Positions 9,127-19,800 of a stretch of 31,809 nucleotides of DNA are shown in pieces. The stretch comes from a virus (taxonomy: Duplodnaviria > Caudoviricetes): positions 1 through 31,809 of IMG/VR virus record IMGVR_UViG_3300044676_002282, one strand, 5' to 3'. The notes below the pieces were generated by a model. It searched no databases and had not been told where the DNA came from. It saw only the letters and a list, made by a program, of their open reading frames with translations. Positions within the stretch are counted from its first letter, which is position 1; every line of letters starts with the position of its first letter. A program made the position numbers and the translations under genes.

Positions 9127-10566
9127 ATGGCAATTAATCCCGGTGCGTTATTAAATAGCGTACCTTCCCCTATAAAACAAACTACTACAGATTCTTACCT
9201 AGACTTTTCTACTGGTTGGGCACAACAGTACCTACCAGATTTAGTTGCGGCTGAGGCTGAAGTGTTTGGAAATAGAAGTGTATCTGGAATGCTAGCTCAA
9301 GTTGGCGCAGAAGAAGCGATGGCAGCTGACCAAGTAGTTTGGTCTGAGCAAGGTAGATTACACTTATCGTATAATGCTGACCAAGATGGTTCAACTGATG
9401 GTTTATTCACTATTGATGCTGATGCTGATGGTCTAACTACTACTGGTGTTGTTAGAGTTGGTGATACTGTAATCGTATCTACTGCTACTAGAACAGTAAA
9501 AGCATACTGTGCTGGTTCTTATAACGACGGAACTACTGGTCTTACTGCTGGTCAAGTTCAATTACACCCTTATGAGGCTGCAACATTTATCCTTGCTGGT
9601 ATACCTCTAAGTACTAGTGACTGTAAGCTTTTTGTTTATGGTTCTGAGTACGGTAAAGGTGCTACTGGAAGAGGAGCTGCTGTTGAGCCTTCGTTCAAGT
9701 CTTTCAACAACAAACCAATTATATTAAAAGATCTTTATGAAGTTTCTGGATCTGATGCTTCTCAAATTGGTTGGGTTGAAGTTACTGGAGAGAGTGGTCA
9801 AAACGGTTACTTATGGTACTTAAAGGCTGAAGGCGATACTAGAACTCGTTTTAACGATTACTTAGAAATGTCTGCTATTGAGTCTGTTAAAAACAACGGA
9901 GCAAACTCTGCTGTCCCTGAAGGTTCAGAAGGTTTATTCGCTGCTATTACAAGCAGAGGTAATATTACTACTGGAATCAATGGTACTGCTGCTACTACTT
10001 TAAGTGACTTCGATGCTATCTTAACTGAGTTTGATAAGCAAGGAGCTATTGAAGAAAACATGATGTATTTAAGTAGAGCTTCTGCTTTATCTATAGATGA
10101 TATGCTAGCTGGTTTAAATGGTGGTAACGATGGAGCTGGAGCTGCATACGGTATGTTTGACAATTCTATGGATATGGCTTTAAACTTAGGTTTCACTGGT
10201 TTTAGAAGAGGTTCTTATGACTTCTACAAAACTGATTGGAAATATCTAAATGACAAGACTACAAGAGGATCTGTTATTGATGCTGAAACTGGTGACTCTA
10301 CTAATGGTTTAGGTGCAATTAATGGAGTTATAATTCCCGCTGGAGTTTCATCTGTTTATGACCAATCATTAGGTAAAAACCTAAAAAGACCTTTCTTACA
10401 TGTAAGATATAGAGCTTCACAAACTGAATCAAGAAAACTAAAGAGCTGGGTTACTGGTTCTGTAGGTGCTGTTACTTCTGATTTAGATGCTATGCAAGTT
10501 CACTACTTATCTGAAAGATGTCTAGTTACTCAAGGTGCTAACAACTTTATGTTAATTAAAGGATAG
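9127..10566 (+). CDS. Major capsid protein (HK97-fold inferred)
   Basis: 479 aa after portal and scaffold, with strongly biased codons (GCT/ACT/GGT) and a strong terminator downstream. Confidence 0.85.
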   Translation: MAINPGALLNSVPSPIKQTTTDSYLDFSTGWAQQYLPDLVAAEAEVFGNRSVSGMLAQVGAEEAMAADQVVWSEQGRLHLSYNADQDGSTDGLFTIDADADGLTTTGVVRVGDTVIVSTATRTVKAYCAGSYNDGTTGLTAGQVQLHPYEAATFILAGIPLSTSDCKLFVYGSEYGKGATGRGAAVEPSFKSFNNKPIILKDLYEVSGSDASQIGWVEVTGESGQNGYLWYLKAEGDTRTRFNDYLEMSAIESVKNNGANSAVPEGSEGLFAAITSRGNITTGINGTAATTLSDFDAILTEFDKQGAIEENMMYLSRASALSIDDMLAGLNGGNDGAGAAYGMFDNSMDMALNLGFTGFRRGSYDFYKTDWKYLNDKTTRGSVIDAETGDSTNGLGAINGVIIPAGVSSVYDQSLGKNLKRPFLHVRYRASQTESRKLKSWVTGSVGAVTSDLDAMQVHYLSERCLVTQGANNFMLIKG

Positions 10567-10582
10567 TACTTATTATTAAAAA

Positions 10583-10615
10583 GAGTCGAGGCTTCGGCCT
10601 CGGCCCTTTTATTTT
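10583..10615 (+). terminator. Rho-independent terminator
   Basis: GAGTCGAGGC-TTCG-GCCTCGGCCC stem with a C(UUCG)G tetraloop, followed by TTTTATTTT. Confidence 0.88.
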
Positions 10616-10638
10616 ATTAACTTATATTATATTATATT
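10614..10638 (+). promoter_or_regulatory. Second copy of the AT-rich leader TTATTAA-N4-TATTATATTATATT
   Basis: 22/25 identical to 7906-7930. Confidence 0.45.
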
Positions 10639-11469
10639 ATGGCAAAAAAAACAAAAAAACAAGAAATAAACGTTACCAGTGTTGAAGAAGAATTAATAAA
10701 AGCAACGCCTGTTGACAAAACAAAATTAAAAGAAAAATCTACAAAAGATCAGTGGGTTGTAAAAGACAGAGTTTATGCTCTTTGTGATGGAACGTCACCT
10801 ATTAGTTATAAAATACATAGCAAAGGCTTGTATTGGTTTGACAAAGAAAAAGGATATGAAAGAGAAATACAATATTCTAGAAATCAAAAAACTGTTTTTG
10901 TAGATGAATTTAAAGGGCAAGTTCAATTAAGTCATATTGTTTTTAGAAATGGTACGCTTTTAGTGCCTTCTAATGCTGTTACTTTGCAAAAGTTTTTATC
11001 TATATATCACCCTTTTGTAAATAAATTATTTTACGAAATAGATAATGAAGCAATAGCTACTGACGAGGTGGAAACTTTAGAATTAGAAATAGAAGCATTA
11101 ATGGCAGCTAAAACTATAGATATAGATATGGCCGAAGCGATTATGCGTGTAGAACTAGGTTCTAAGGTTACAGAGATGAGTTCTAAGGAGCTTAAAAGAG
11201 ATTTACTATTATATGCTAAGAAAAACCCGGCTATATTCCTAGAGCTTCTTAATGACGATAATGTTGTACTTAGAAACTTTGGTATTAGAGCAACAGAAAT
11301 GGGGTTATTAAAATTATCTAGTGATCAAAGAACATTTAACTGGGGTTCTAATGGTAGAAAACTAATGAACGTTCCTTTTGATGAACATCCATATTCAGCT
11401 TTAGCCGCTTGGTTTAAAACTGATGAAGGTATGGAAATTTACAAAACTATTGAAAAACAATTGAAGTAA
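10639..11469 (+). CDS. Structural-module protein of unknown function following the capsid gene
   Basis: 276-aa ORF between the capsid and head-tail genes. No catalytic motif recognised. Confidence 0.6.
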   Translation: MAKKTKKQEINVTSVEEELIKATPVDKTKLKEKSTKDQWVVKDRVYALCDGTSPISYKIHSKGLYWFDKEKGYEREIQYSRNQKTVFVDEFKGQVQLSHIVFRNGTLLVPSNAVTLQKFLSIYHPFVNKLFYEIDNEAIATDEVETLELEIEALMAAKTIDIDMAEAIMRVELGSKVTEMSSKELKRDLLLYAKKNPAIFLELLNDDNVVLRNFGIRATEMGLLKLSSDQRTFNWGSNGRKLMNVPFDEHPYSALAAWFKTDEGMEIYKTIEKQLK

Positions 11470-11474
11470 AAACC

Positions 11475-11517
11475 TTTGTAGAAGCAGTCGCTCTACGGGG
11501 CGATTGCAAACTACAAA
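11475..11517 (+). other. Long intergenic RNA hairpin with a C(UACG)G tetraloop and no U-tract
   Basis: TTTGTAG-AA-GCAGTCGCTC-TACG-GGGCGATTGC-AAA-CTACAAA: a 10-bp inner stem with two G-U pairs and a 7-bp outer stem. Confidence 0.75.
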
Positions 11518-11530
11518 TTAAAAAGAAATT

Positions 11531-12955
11531 ATGGCAGTAAGTATAGACACAGTATATCAAAGAGTATTAGCGATAGCTAATAAAGAACAAAGAGGCTATA
11601 TAACACCTCAAGAATACAATTTATTCGCCAACCAAGCTCAGATGTCTATATTTGAGCAATATTTTTATGATATAAGTCAGTTTGACAGATTACCGGGTAG
11701 TGAACACCCTTACTCTGATATGACAACTTTGTTAGAAGAAAAAATAAGTATATTTAAAAAAAGAAATCAACCAGTTACAATCATAAATCAATATGGTGAC
11801 GGAATATTACCTACAGATATATATAGATTAGGTACTGTTTTAAGATTTGCTTTACCAAACGTACCAGGTTCAACAGCTGCAGAAATAGAAGAAGTTTCAG
11901 ATGAAGAGTACATGTATTACAGCGCTTCACCACTAGCAGCGCCTTCAAAATATCGACCGATATATATAAGAAATTCAGCAACAACAATAAAACTTTACCC
12001 AAATGCTACAACTATAAACACTGGTTTAGATAAAGCTGCAACTCAATATTTCCAACAAACTGGAGAAAATCAATACAACGGGCAAAACAATCAATTTAAT
12101 GCCGCAGGCTTTACTGCAACGCCAGTAGTTTCACAAGGCACAAACAGTAGTGTTGATGTTTATATGGCCGCAGTTACTGGTAATCCATCAGCACCAATAA
12201 GTCAAATTAAAGTTGGTCAAGTTGTTACTGGCACAAGTATAGTCACATCACCTGCTACCACGGTAAAAAGTTACACAGCGGGAGCATCAACAACTTTAGA
12301 CGGAGATATATTGGTTAATGACACAACATTTACAGTTGATGCACCTACATCTACAGGCGGAACTATTGCAATAGGGCAATATATAAATTTAAACGCATTT
12401 CCCGGTGGCACAACTGTTATCGGGGTTCAAGGAAATGTAGTAACCACAAGCCAAGCAGCCACTGGAACCGCAAGTGATGGCGATGCTGTAGCATTTTTTG
12501 CACATTTAATATTATCACAACTACCATCTTCAGGTTTACAAGGTACGGCTTTAATTTTTAACGAAGCAGACTCTTTGTCTTACATAGAGGTTGGGCAAGC
12601 TGTTACTGGATCTGGAGTTGACGCTGACACCACTGTCTCCGCTGTAAACGGTAGTGTTATTACTTTGTCAAAAGACCTTACCAACGGTGCTTTTGTTACA
12701 CTTACGTTTGCTTCTGATGATATTAAATGCCATTACATAAGAAGACCAGTTGATGTTGTTTGGGGCTACAACACTGTTAACTCAACAGCCTTGTACAACT
12801 CTAGCATATCAACAAACTTTGAACTACATGAATCAGAGGAAACTCAACTTGTTATTAAGATATTAGCTTTAGCAGGTATTTCTATGAAAGATCAAAGTAT
12901 GTACCAAATAGCTACGGCAGAAGAAAACAGAACTATTCAACAAGAAAAATTATAA
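11531..12955 (+). CDS. Putative head-tail connector/ring protein with a beta-rich repeat insertion
   Basis: Ordinary-composition N-terminus (TVYQRVLAIANKEQRGYITPQEYNLFANQAQ) and C-terminus (HYIRRP...FELHESEE...ILALAG) flank a T/G/V/A-rich insert of about 240 aa. Confidence 0.6.
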   Translation: MAVSIDTVYQRVLAIANKEQRGYITPQEYNLFANQAQMSIFEQYFYDISQFDRLPGSEHPYSDMTTLLEEKISIFKKRNQPVTIINQYGDGILPTDIYRLGTVLRFALPNVPGSTAAEIEEVSDEEYMYYSASPLAAPSKYRPIYIRNSATTIKLYPNATTINTGLDKAATQYFQQTGENQYNGQNNQFNAAGFTATPVVSQGTNSSVDVYMAAVTGNPSAPISQIKVGQVVTGTSIVTSPATTVKSYTAGASTTLDGDILVNDTTFTVDAPTSTGGTIAIGQYINLNAFPGGTTVIGVQGNVVTTSQAATGTASDGDAVAFFAHLILSQLPSSGLQGTALIFNEADSLSYIEVGQAVTGSGVDADTTVSAVNGSVITLSKDLTNGAFVTLTFASDDIKCHYIRRPVDVVWGYNTVNSTALYNSSISTNFELHESEETQLVIKILALAGISMKDQSMYQIATAEENRTIQQEKL

Positions 12956-12958
12956 TAA

Positions 12959-13837
12959 ATGGGATTATTAGACAACAGCTCACAAAAATCATATTACGAA
13001 GGAACAGAATTTGGTAGTTATCAATTTATTTCATTAGAAGATGTGATAAACAACTTTATAGTTTCTTACGTTGGTGATGATAAAATAATAAGTAAAATAA
13101 AAAGAGGTGACGTTGCTTTTCACGCGCAAAGAGCTTTGCAAGAATTAAGTTTTGACACTTTTAAATCTACAAAATCCCAAGAAATTGTAATACCACCATC
13201 ACTAACAATGGTTTTACCACAAGACTATGTTAACTATGTAAAGGTAACATATGCTGATAACGCTGGTATAGAGCATATTGTATACCCAGTTTCTAAAACA
13301 TCAAACCCACTTAAAATATCTCAAGATGCTAACGGTGTTTATCAATTTACTGGTGAAAACTTAAATACTTCAAATGATTCTACAACTTGGGATAAATACA
13401 AAACACACACAAATAACGAAACTAACAATAACATTGACGAATATGATGATGGTTTATATGATTTAAATGTTGGGCAAAGATATGGCCTTGACCCGCAGCA
13501 CGCGCAGACTAACGGTTCTTTTTATATAGATGAGTTAAAAGGAAAAATACATTTTAGCTCTAGTTTTTCAGGAAAAACTGTAACCTTAAAGTATATAAGC
13601 GATAGTTTAGGTACTGATGCAGAGATGCAAGTACATAAATTTGCTGAAGAAGCTATGTACAAGTGTATAGCATACGCTATAATGTCTACAAGAGCTAACG
13701 TACAAGAATATATAGTTCGTAGATTTCAGAAAGATAAGTTTGCTTCTGTTAGAAAAGCAAAGTTAAGACTTTCAAATATAAAATTAGAAGAAATAAGCCA
13801 AATACTTAGAGGTAAATCTAAACAAATAAAACACTAG
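12959..13837 (+). CDS. Putative tail tubular/adaptor ring protein (P22 gp4-like position)
   Basis: 292 aa containing LPQDYVNYVKV and TLKYISD, immediately before the nozzle gene. Assigned by synteny. Confidence 0.6.
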   Translation: MGLLDNSSQKSYYEGTEFGSYQFISLEDVINNFIVSYVGDDKIISKIKRGDVAFHAQRALQELSFDTFKSTKSQEIVIPPSLTMVLPQDYVNYVKVTYADNAGIEHIVYPVSKTSNPLKISQDANGVYQFTGENLNTSNDSTTWDKYKTHTNNETNNNIDEYDDGLYDLNVGQRYGLDPQHAQTNGSFYIDELKGKIHFSSSFSGKTVTLKYISDSLGTDAEMQVHKFAEEAMYKCIAYAIMSTRANVQEYIVRRFQKDKFASVRKAKLRLSNIKLEEISQILRGKSKQIKH

Positions 13838-13840
13838 AGC

Positions 13841-16800
13841 ATGCCAGAGATTAAAAATACTTTTACCTCGGGAAAGATGAACAAAGATCTTGACGAGAGA
13901 TTAGTTCCAAACGGACAGTACGTAGACGCGTTAAACATAGATGTTGCATCGTCTGCTTCTGATAATGTGGGTACAATTCACAACTCTTTTGGTAATGTTA
14001 GAAAAGACACAATGCACAACATAGGTGGAAAATGTATTGGGTCTATGGTAAACAAAGAAGATCAAACAATAATATGGTTTATCGCCGGTGGTAGTGTAGA
14101 TGCTATTGCAGAGTACAACCCAGTAACAGATATTACAACACCAATATTAATATCTCCATTAGAAGGCTCAGCCGGAGCTTTTTTAAAATTCAACGCAAAC
14201 AGACTTATTACAGCTATTAACGTTATAGATGGTTATCTATATTGGACAGATAATTATTCAGAGCCAAAAAGAGTAAACATTAAAAGAGGTAAAGCAGGTA
14301 GATACACATCTTCTAGTTCTATAGCAAACTTATGGACTACAACTACAAAGTTAAAATTAAAAGATGGTACTTTTGATGGTAATGTATTAGAAAAACATTT
14401 AACTGTAGCTAGGCCATATCCTATTAACGCACCAACTTTAACTTTGTCAAACTCACTAAGACCGGGTAGTGATGACTCTACAGTAAAAATACCTAGTAAT
14501 ACATCCACAATGCCTAGTGATATTGGTGACGGTAATAATGACAAAACTTGTAATATATATGGAAGAGGATCTGGGTCTACAGTTCAATATTATCAAAACT
14601 TAACTTTTATAGCGGCTAATTCAACTAATATTGGCGAGACAGAGATAGAAATAGATGTTAGTGGTAATTTTAACGAAAAGCTATGGCAGTCAGTTGTGCC
14701 TGGATATTATTTAACAAAAACAACAACCACAGGTGGTGTAGTTCAGAATAGTTTAGCTTTTAAAATATCAAACGTAGATTACGACAACTATACTATTTTC
14801 ATCAACGAGTTTGGTGACAACAGTATTAATGGTGTTGGTGCTATTGATAGTGGTTCTACACTTGAAATATCAACTTTTCAAGAAGCCTACAACAATGAAT
14901 CGTTTTTTAATTACAAAGACGCTACGGGTACTTTGCGCCCAAAACCGGTTGGTATAAGCGCTAATAAAAGCAATGGGTTAAAAGATGGTGGTTTACTAAA
15001 CAATGGTAGTGGTGTAGATATAACACCAACAGCTGTAACGTCCCAAAACAATTTTGCCCCTGTTTCAGGAAAACCAAATCAAGCAACTCTTACATCAACA
15101 ATTGGTAGTAGTATACAGCTTTCAAATGTTATAGCTAATACTTTTATAGTAGATCATGTTTATGAATTAACTATGATTGTAACAAACTATAGTGGTTCTG
15201 GAAATATTGGTTTTAGTGTTAACAACACCTTAGGCTTGGCTTACTCTGCTAGAAGTAGTAACGGAACAATATCATATAAGTTTAAAGCAAAATCAACTGG
15301 TGATTTACAATTATTTAAAATACAAAGCGCAGCGGCAAGTATATCATACTCTATTAAATGTTTGTCTGGTCCAAGAGAAGTTAAAATACAAGAACTTATA
15401 TTTGAAGGACAGCCTGATTATAAAGTTGGCGATGTTGTTAAGCTTACTTTAAAAAACCCTTTGTCTGACAACGTCGGCGAAGAAACTGAGTTGGATTTTA
15501 GAGTAAAACTTTTAGAGCAAAATCTTGATATAATTGAAAACGTGTCTGGTTATGGTGGTACAGGTTCTAATGGCCAGAGAAAAGTTTTTGACTGCGAGAT
15601 ATTAAGCATAGATAGTTCTATATCACTTCTTACAGCGTCTCAGTTTAGAGGACCTTGGTCTTGCGAAAGACAAAAGCCGAACTCTATATTCCAGCAAACT
15701 TTCCCAAGGTTTGCATACAGGTGGAAATACATAGACAATGAGTTTTCTGCAATATCTTCTTTTACTGAAGTTGCTTTTTTACCTAAAGATGATGAGTACG
15801 AATATGATGCTGAAAGTGGTTTTAACAAGGTAATGGAAAACGATGTTAGACGCGTTGTGTTAAGTAATTTTGAAAAAACACCTAAAGATGCTGTTGGCTT
15901 AGATATTCTGTATAAAGAGTCTGGTAGCACGAGTATATACATAGTAGAGTCTTTAAAATATGAAGAGCTAAAATCTTTATCTACATACGTTATTGACTCA
16001 GAATTAGTAAAAGGTGTTTTACCTTCTAATCAACTTTTGAGACCTTATGACAACGTTCCTGTAAAAGCTAAAGCACAAGAGATTACTGGGAACAGACTTC
16101 TTTATGGTAATTACACGCAGCAATATAATGTTGATGAAAAATTAAAAGTAATAGCAAGTGTAGATAAATTAAACATTAATGATTTAAAAGCACAAAAATC
16201 TATAAAGTCAATAAGAGAATATCAAATTGGAGTTAGCGTTTTAGATGTGTATGGTAGGCAAACACCTATATTTTCTAGTAATGAAGGTATAGTTAAACTT
16301 ACTCAAGAAGACTCTGACAATGCAACTACGTTTTCTGCTAAAGTTAAATCTAAAGCTCCATCATGGGCAACTCACTATAAATACTTTGTAAAAGATAATT
16401 CTACAGAATATTACAATCTAGCTATGGATAGGTTTTATTCTGCAGAAGCTGACGAGCATGTTTGGTTAAGTTTTCCTTCTTGCGATGTAAATAAAGTATC
16501 TGAAGATGACTTTTTAATATTAAAGAAACAACATGATAGCTCGACACCAATATCAGAAAACAAAACTGTAAAATACAAAGTATTAGCAAAAGAACCTTCT
16601 GCACCTGATTTTATAAAAATTAAAAAAGAAAGTTTAGGTAGAACTTCTGAAAATATTAACTTTGCAACAAACAGCTCTGTTACCTCTGGTTATCCTTTAG
16701 AAACTTTTATTTCATTTACTTTAAGAGATTCTAGTATAGAGGGTTTTGAACAGCTTTTTGAAGAGGTTGAAGGTAGAGTTCAACAAACAAAAAAGTTTAT

Positions 16801-19800
16801 AAAAATAGGTAGTTTAAAAACAGGTATAACAACTGATTACTATGAGCTAGACACTGTTGAGTGGAGCGTTACCGATACAAAAGCGGGTGCTGTTTATTGG
16901 ACTTTTAAATTAAAAGTTCCTTTTGGAAAAGATGTTGCTTTAACTGGAACAAGTCCTGGTAGTAGCACTAGAGGTTTGTATGTAGAGTTTTTTGAAGAAA
17001 AAGAAGCTACAGATTTGACAGAGTTTCAAGGTAGATTTTTTGTTAAAGTTTTAAGAGATAGTATTCTTAATAATTTTGTTTTAAACTCGCAAGCAACTGA
17101 CAATTATATAGTTCTTAATTCCGAACCAGTTTGGTGGGCACATACTTATTCCATTGATGCTGATAGAGATGCTAGTGGTACTAATCCTGTGTTTTCCGAG
17201 CCAATACCAAACGTTATAAATACTGGAAACGCTTATTCAGGAACATTAAACATTGGGTCCGACAAGTACAATAGTACATATTTAAAAGACCAAAGTACTT
17301 TTAGGTTTAAAACAGACAAGCTACTAGACAACAACTGGGGTACTAACGACGCTTTTGGAAGCCAGTATAACACTTCAAATGGTATAGTTACTTACAATTC
17401 CGCAGATCCACCGGTTGTAAACAGTTCTAGAATACTAAAAGGAACTATGGATAACGAAAGTTATTGGATGGGTACTAATGTAAAGAGTAACTGGGCTATA
17501 GATAGTGCTTGGTCTTGGTTAAAACAAAATAAAAAATTAAGGCTTCACAATTATGGAAGCACCAGTAATGGTTTTAACAAAGAAATGGGTGAGGGTTTTG
17601 TAGTTGGTAATAATTATGCAGAGTTTAGGGTTTTTAATCTAGGGTCGGGACAGCAAGCAAATCATTATGTTGGTTATGCTGATCAAAATTTTCCTACTGG
17701 CTATGAATTTCCTCCAAAAAACAAAGATATACAAAATTATGATTTATACAAACAGCTAACAACCGTTGGTACTAAATTTAGATTTTCTAAAGACCCAGGC
17801 CAGTTGGTTAATGGTGTTTACGATGGTAAGTCTACTGTTTATACTATTATAGATAAAGAAATTTTAGAGGTCAACAACTACACCACTAAATGGAGACCCA
17901 AAAACGTTAGTCAATTTGATTCTCCTACAAACAAAGGTGTTAGAATACATATTCGCTTAGACAAAAAAATAACTTGGAGCCCTTGTGACGAGGATTCTGT
18001 TGATTCAGATGTTAACAGCGCTAATATAAACTTTTTAGATGGTACTACCGCCAGAAGAAACGTATCTAACGCTTCTGTTATTGAAATATTACAATTAGAT
18101 CCTAGTAAAAATTCTTTTTCAACAAACGATCCCGCAATATTTGAAACAGAGCCAAAAGAAAGAGCTGATTTAGATCTTTACTACGAAACATCTTCTACAG
18201 AAATGATATTAAAAGACGGTATGTCAATATCAACTAATTATTTAAATCCAGCAACAGGTGTTTCTGCTTTAACAAGTGACGCTGTTATAAGTTTTATTAG
18301 AGGTTGGAAAACAGGTGCTTTTCAAATATCACAAACCCACATAACTTGTGATATACCAGCTGGTGAAACAATAACAATTTCTAAAAAAGATGCCGCTGGT
18401 AACGTTTTGTATTCACAAGACTATGTGTTTGATTTTATTATATCTAGTGTTGCTAACAACTCTGTTAAAACAAATAACGTTTGGACTAACGGCAGTGCAA
18501 ACACTGTTGCACAAATAATAAATACACCAAAAACTAAAATCAATTGGTTTAATTGCTTCTCTTTTGGTAATGGTGTTGAGTCAGACAGAATAAGAGATGA
18601 TTTTAACGCACCTACTATAGACAAAGGCGTTAAGGTTTCAGCGGTGTTAGATAATGAGTATAAAAAAGAAGTAAAAACAAATTCTATTATATACTCTGGT
18701 ATTTATAACAAAAGTAGTAGCTTAAACAACTTAAATCAGTTTATTCAAGCTGAAAAAATAACAAAAGATTTAAATCCAGAGTATGGTACTATTCAAAAGT
18801 TATTTACTAGAAATACAAACGTACTTGCTTTTTGTGAAAATAAAATATTAAAAATACTAGCAAACAAAGATGCTTTATTTAATGCTGATGGAAATACAAA
18901 CATCGTTGCTACAAATAGAGTTTTAGGACAAACAGTGCCATTTTTAGGTGAGTTTGGAATATCAAGAAACCCTGAGTCTTTTGCAAACTATGGTTATCGA
19001 GTTTATTTTACAGACAAAGATAGAAATGCTGTTATTAGATTGTCAGGTGATGGTTTAACTGATATTTCAAAAACTGGTATGACTACATTTTTTAGAGACA
19101 ATTTAAAAGAAGCTGGAAATATTATAGGTACCTACGATGAAAATAAACAAAACTACAACTTAACTTTTAACGGTAAAACAGTTAGTTTTTCTGAAGATGT
19201 AAAAGGCTGGACAAGTTTAAAATCGTTTTTACCAGAGTCTGGTGTTTCTTTAGATAGTGGCTACTACACTTTTTATAATAAATTTTTATGGAAGCATGGT
19301 GAAAATGCAATTAGAAATAATTTCTACGGAGTTCAAGCTACTGAAGGTTCAAATATAACTTTTGTTTTCAACCAAGAAACATCTACTGTAAAAACTTTTA
19401 AAACGTTAAACTATGAGGGTACAAGTGATTGGGTTGCTAGTAGTATAGAGACAGATCTTCAATCAGGTAAAGTAAATGAGTTTGTTGATAAAGAAGGTCT
19501 TTGGTTTAATTACATAAAAGGAGTTGCAACAACAGTTACAAGCCTTGATAACAAAGAGTTTTCTACGCAAGGACTTGGAAGTCCGGCTAGTGTTAACTTA
19601 AACGGTTATGCTGTAAATCTACCTATAACTGCAACAGCTAAGGTTGCTGATACAAGACCTTATTGGACTGTAAATGCATCTGCAAGTAATTCATCAAATA
19701 CAGTTGTAACGCAATCTAATAATATTGTTACAGGAGCCACAATATCTTACGACGTTGTTTTCTATGTGCACTCCTTGATAGTTCTTTCTCAAGCTTGGTC

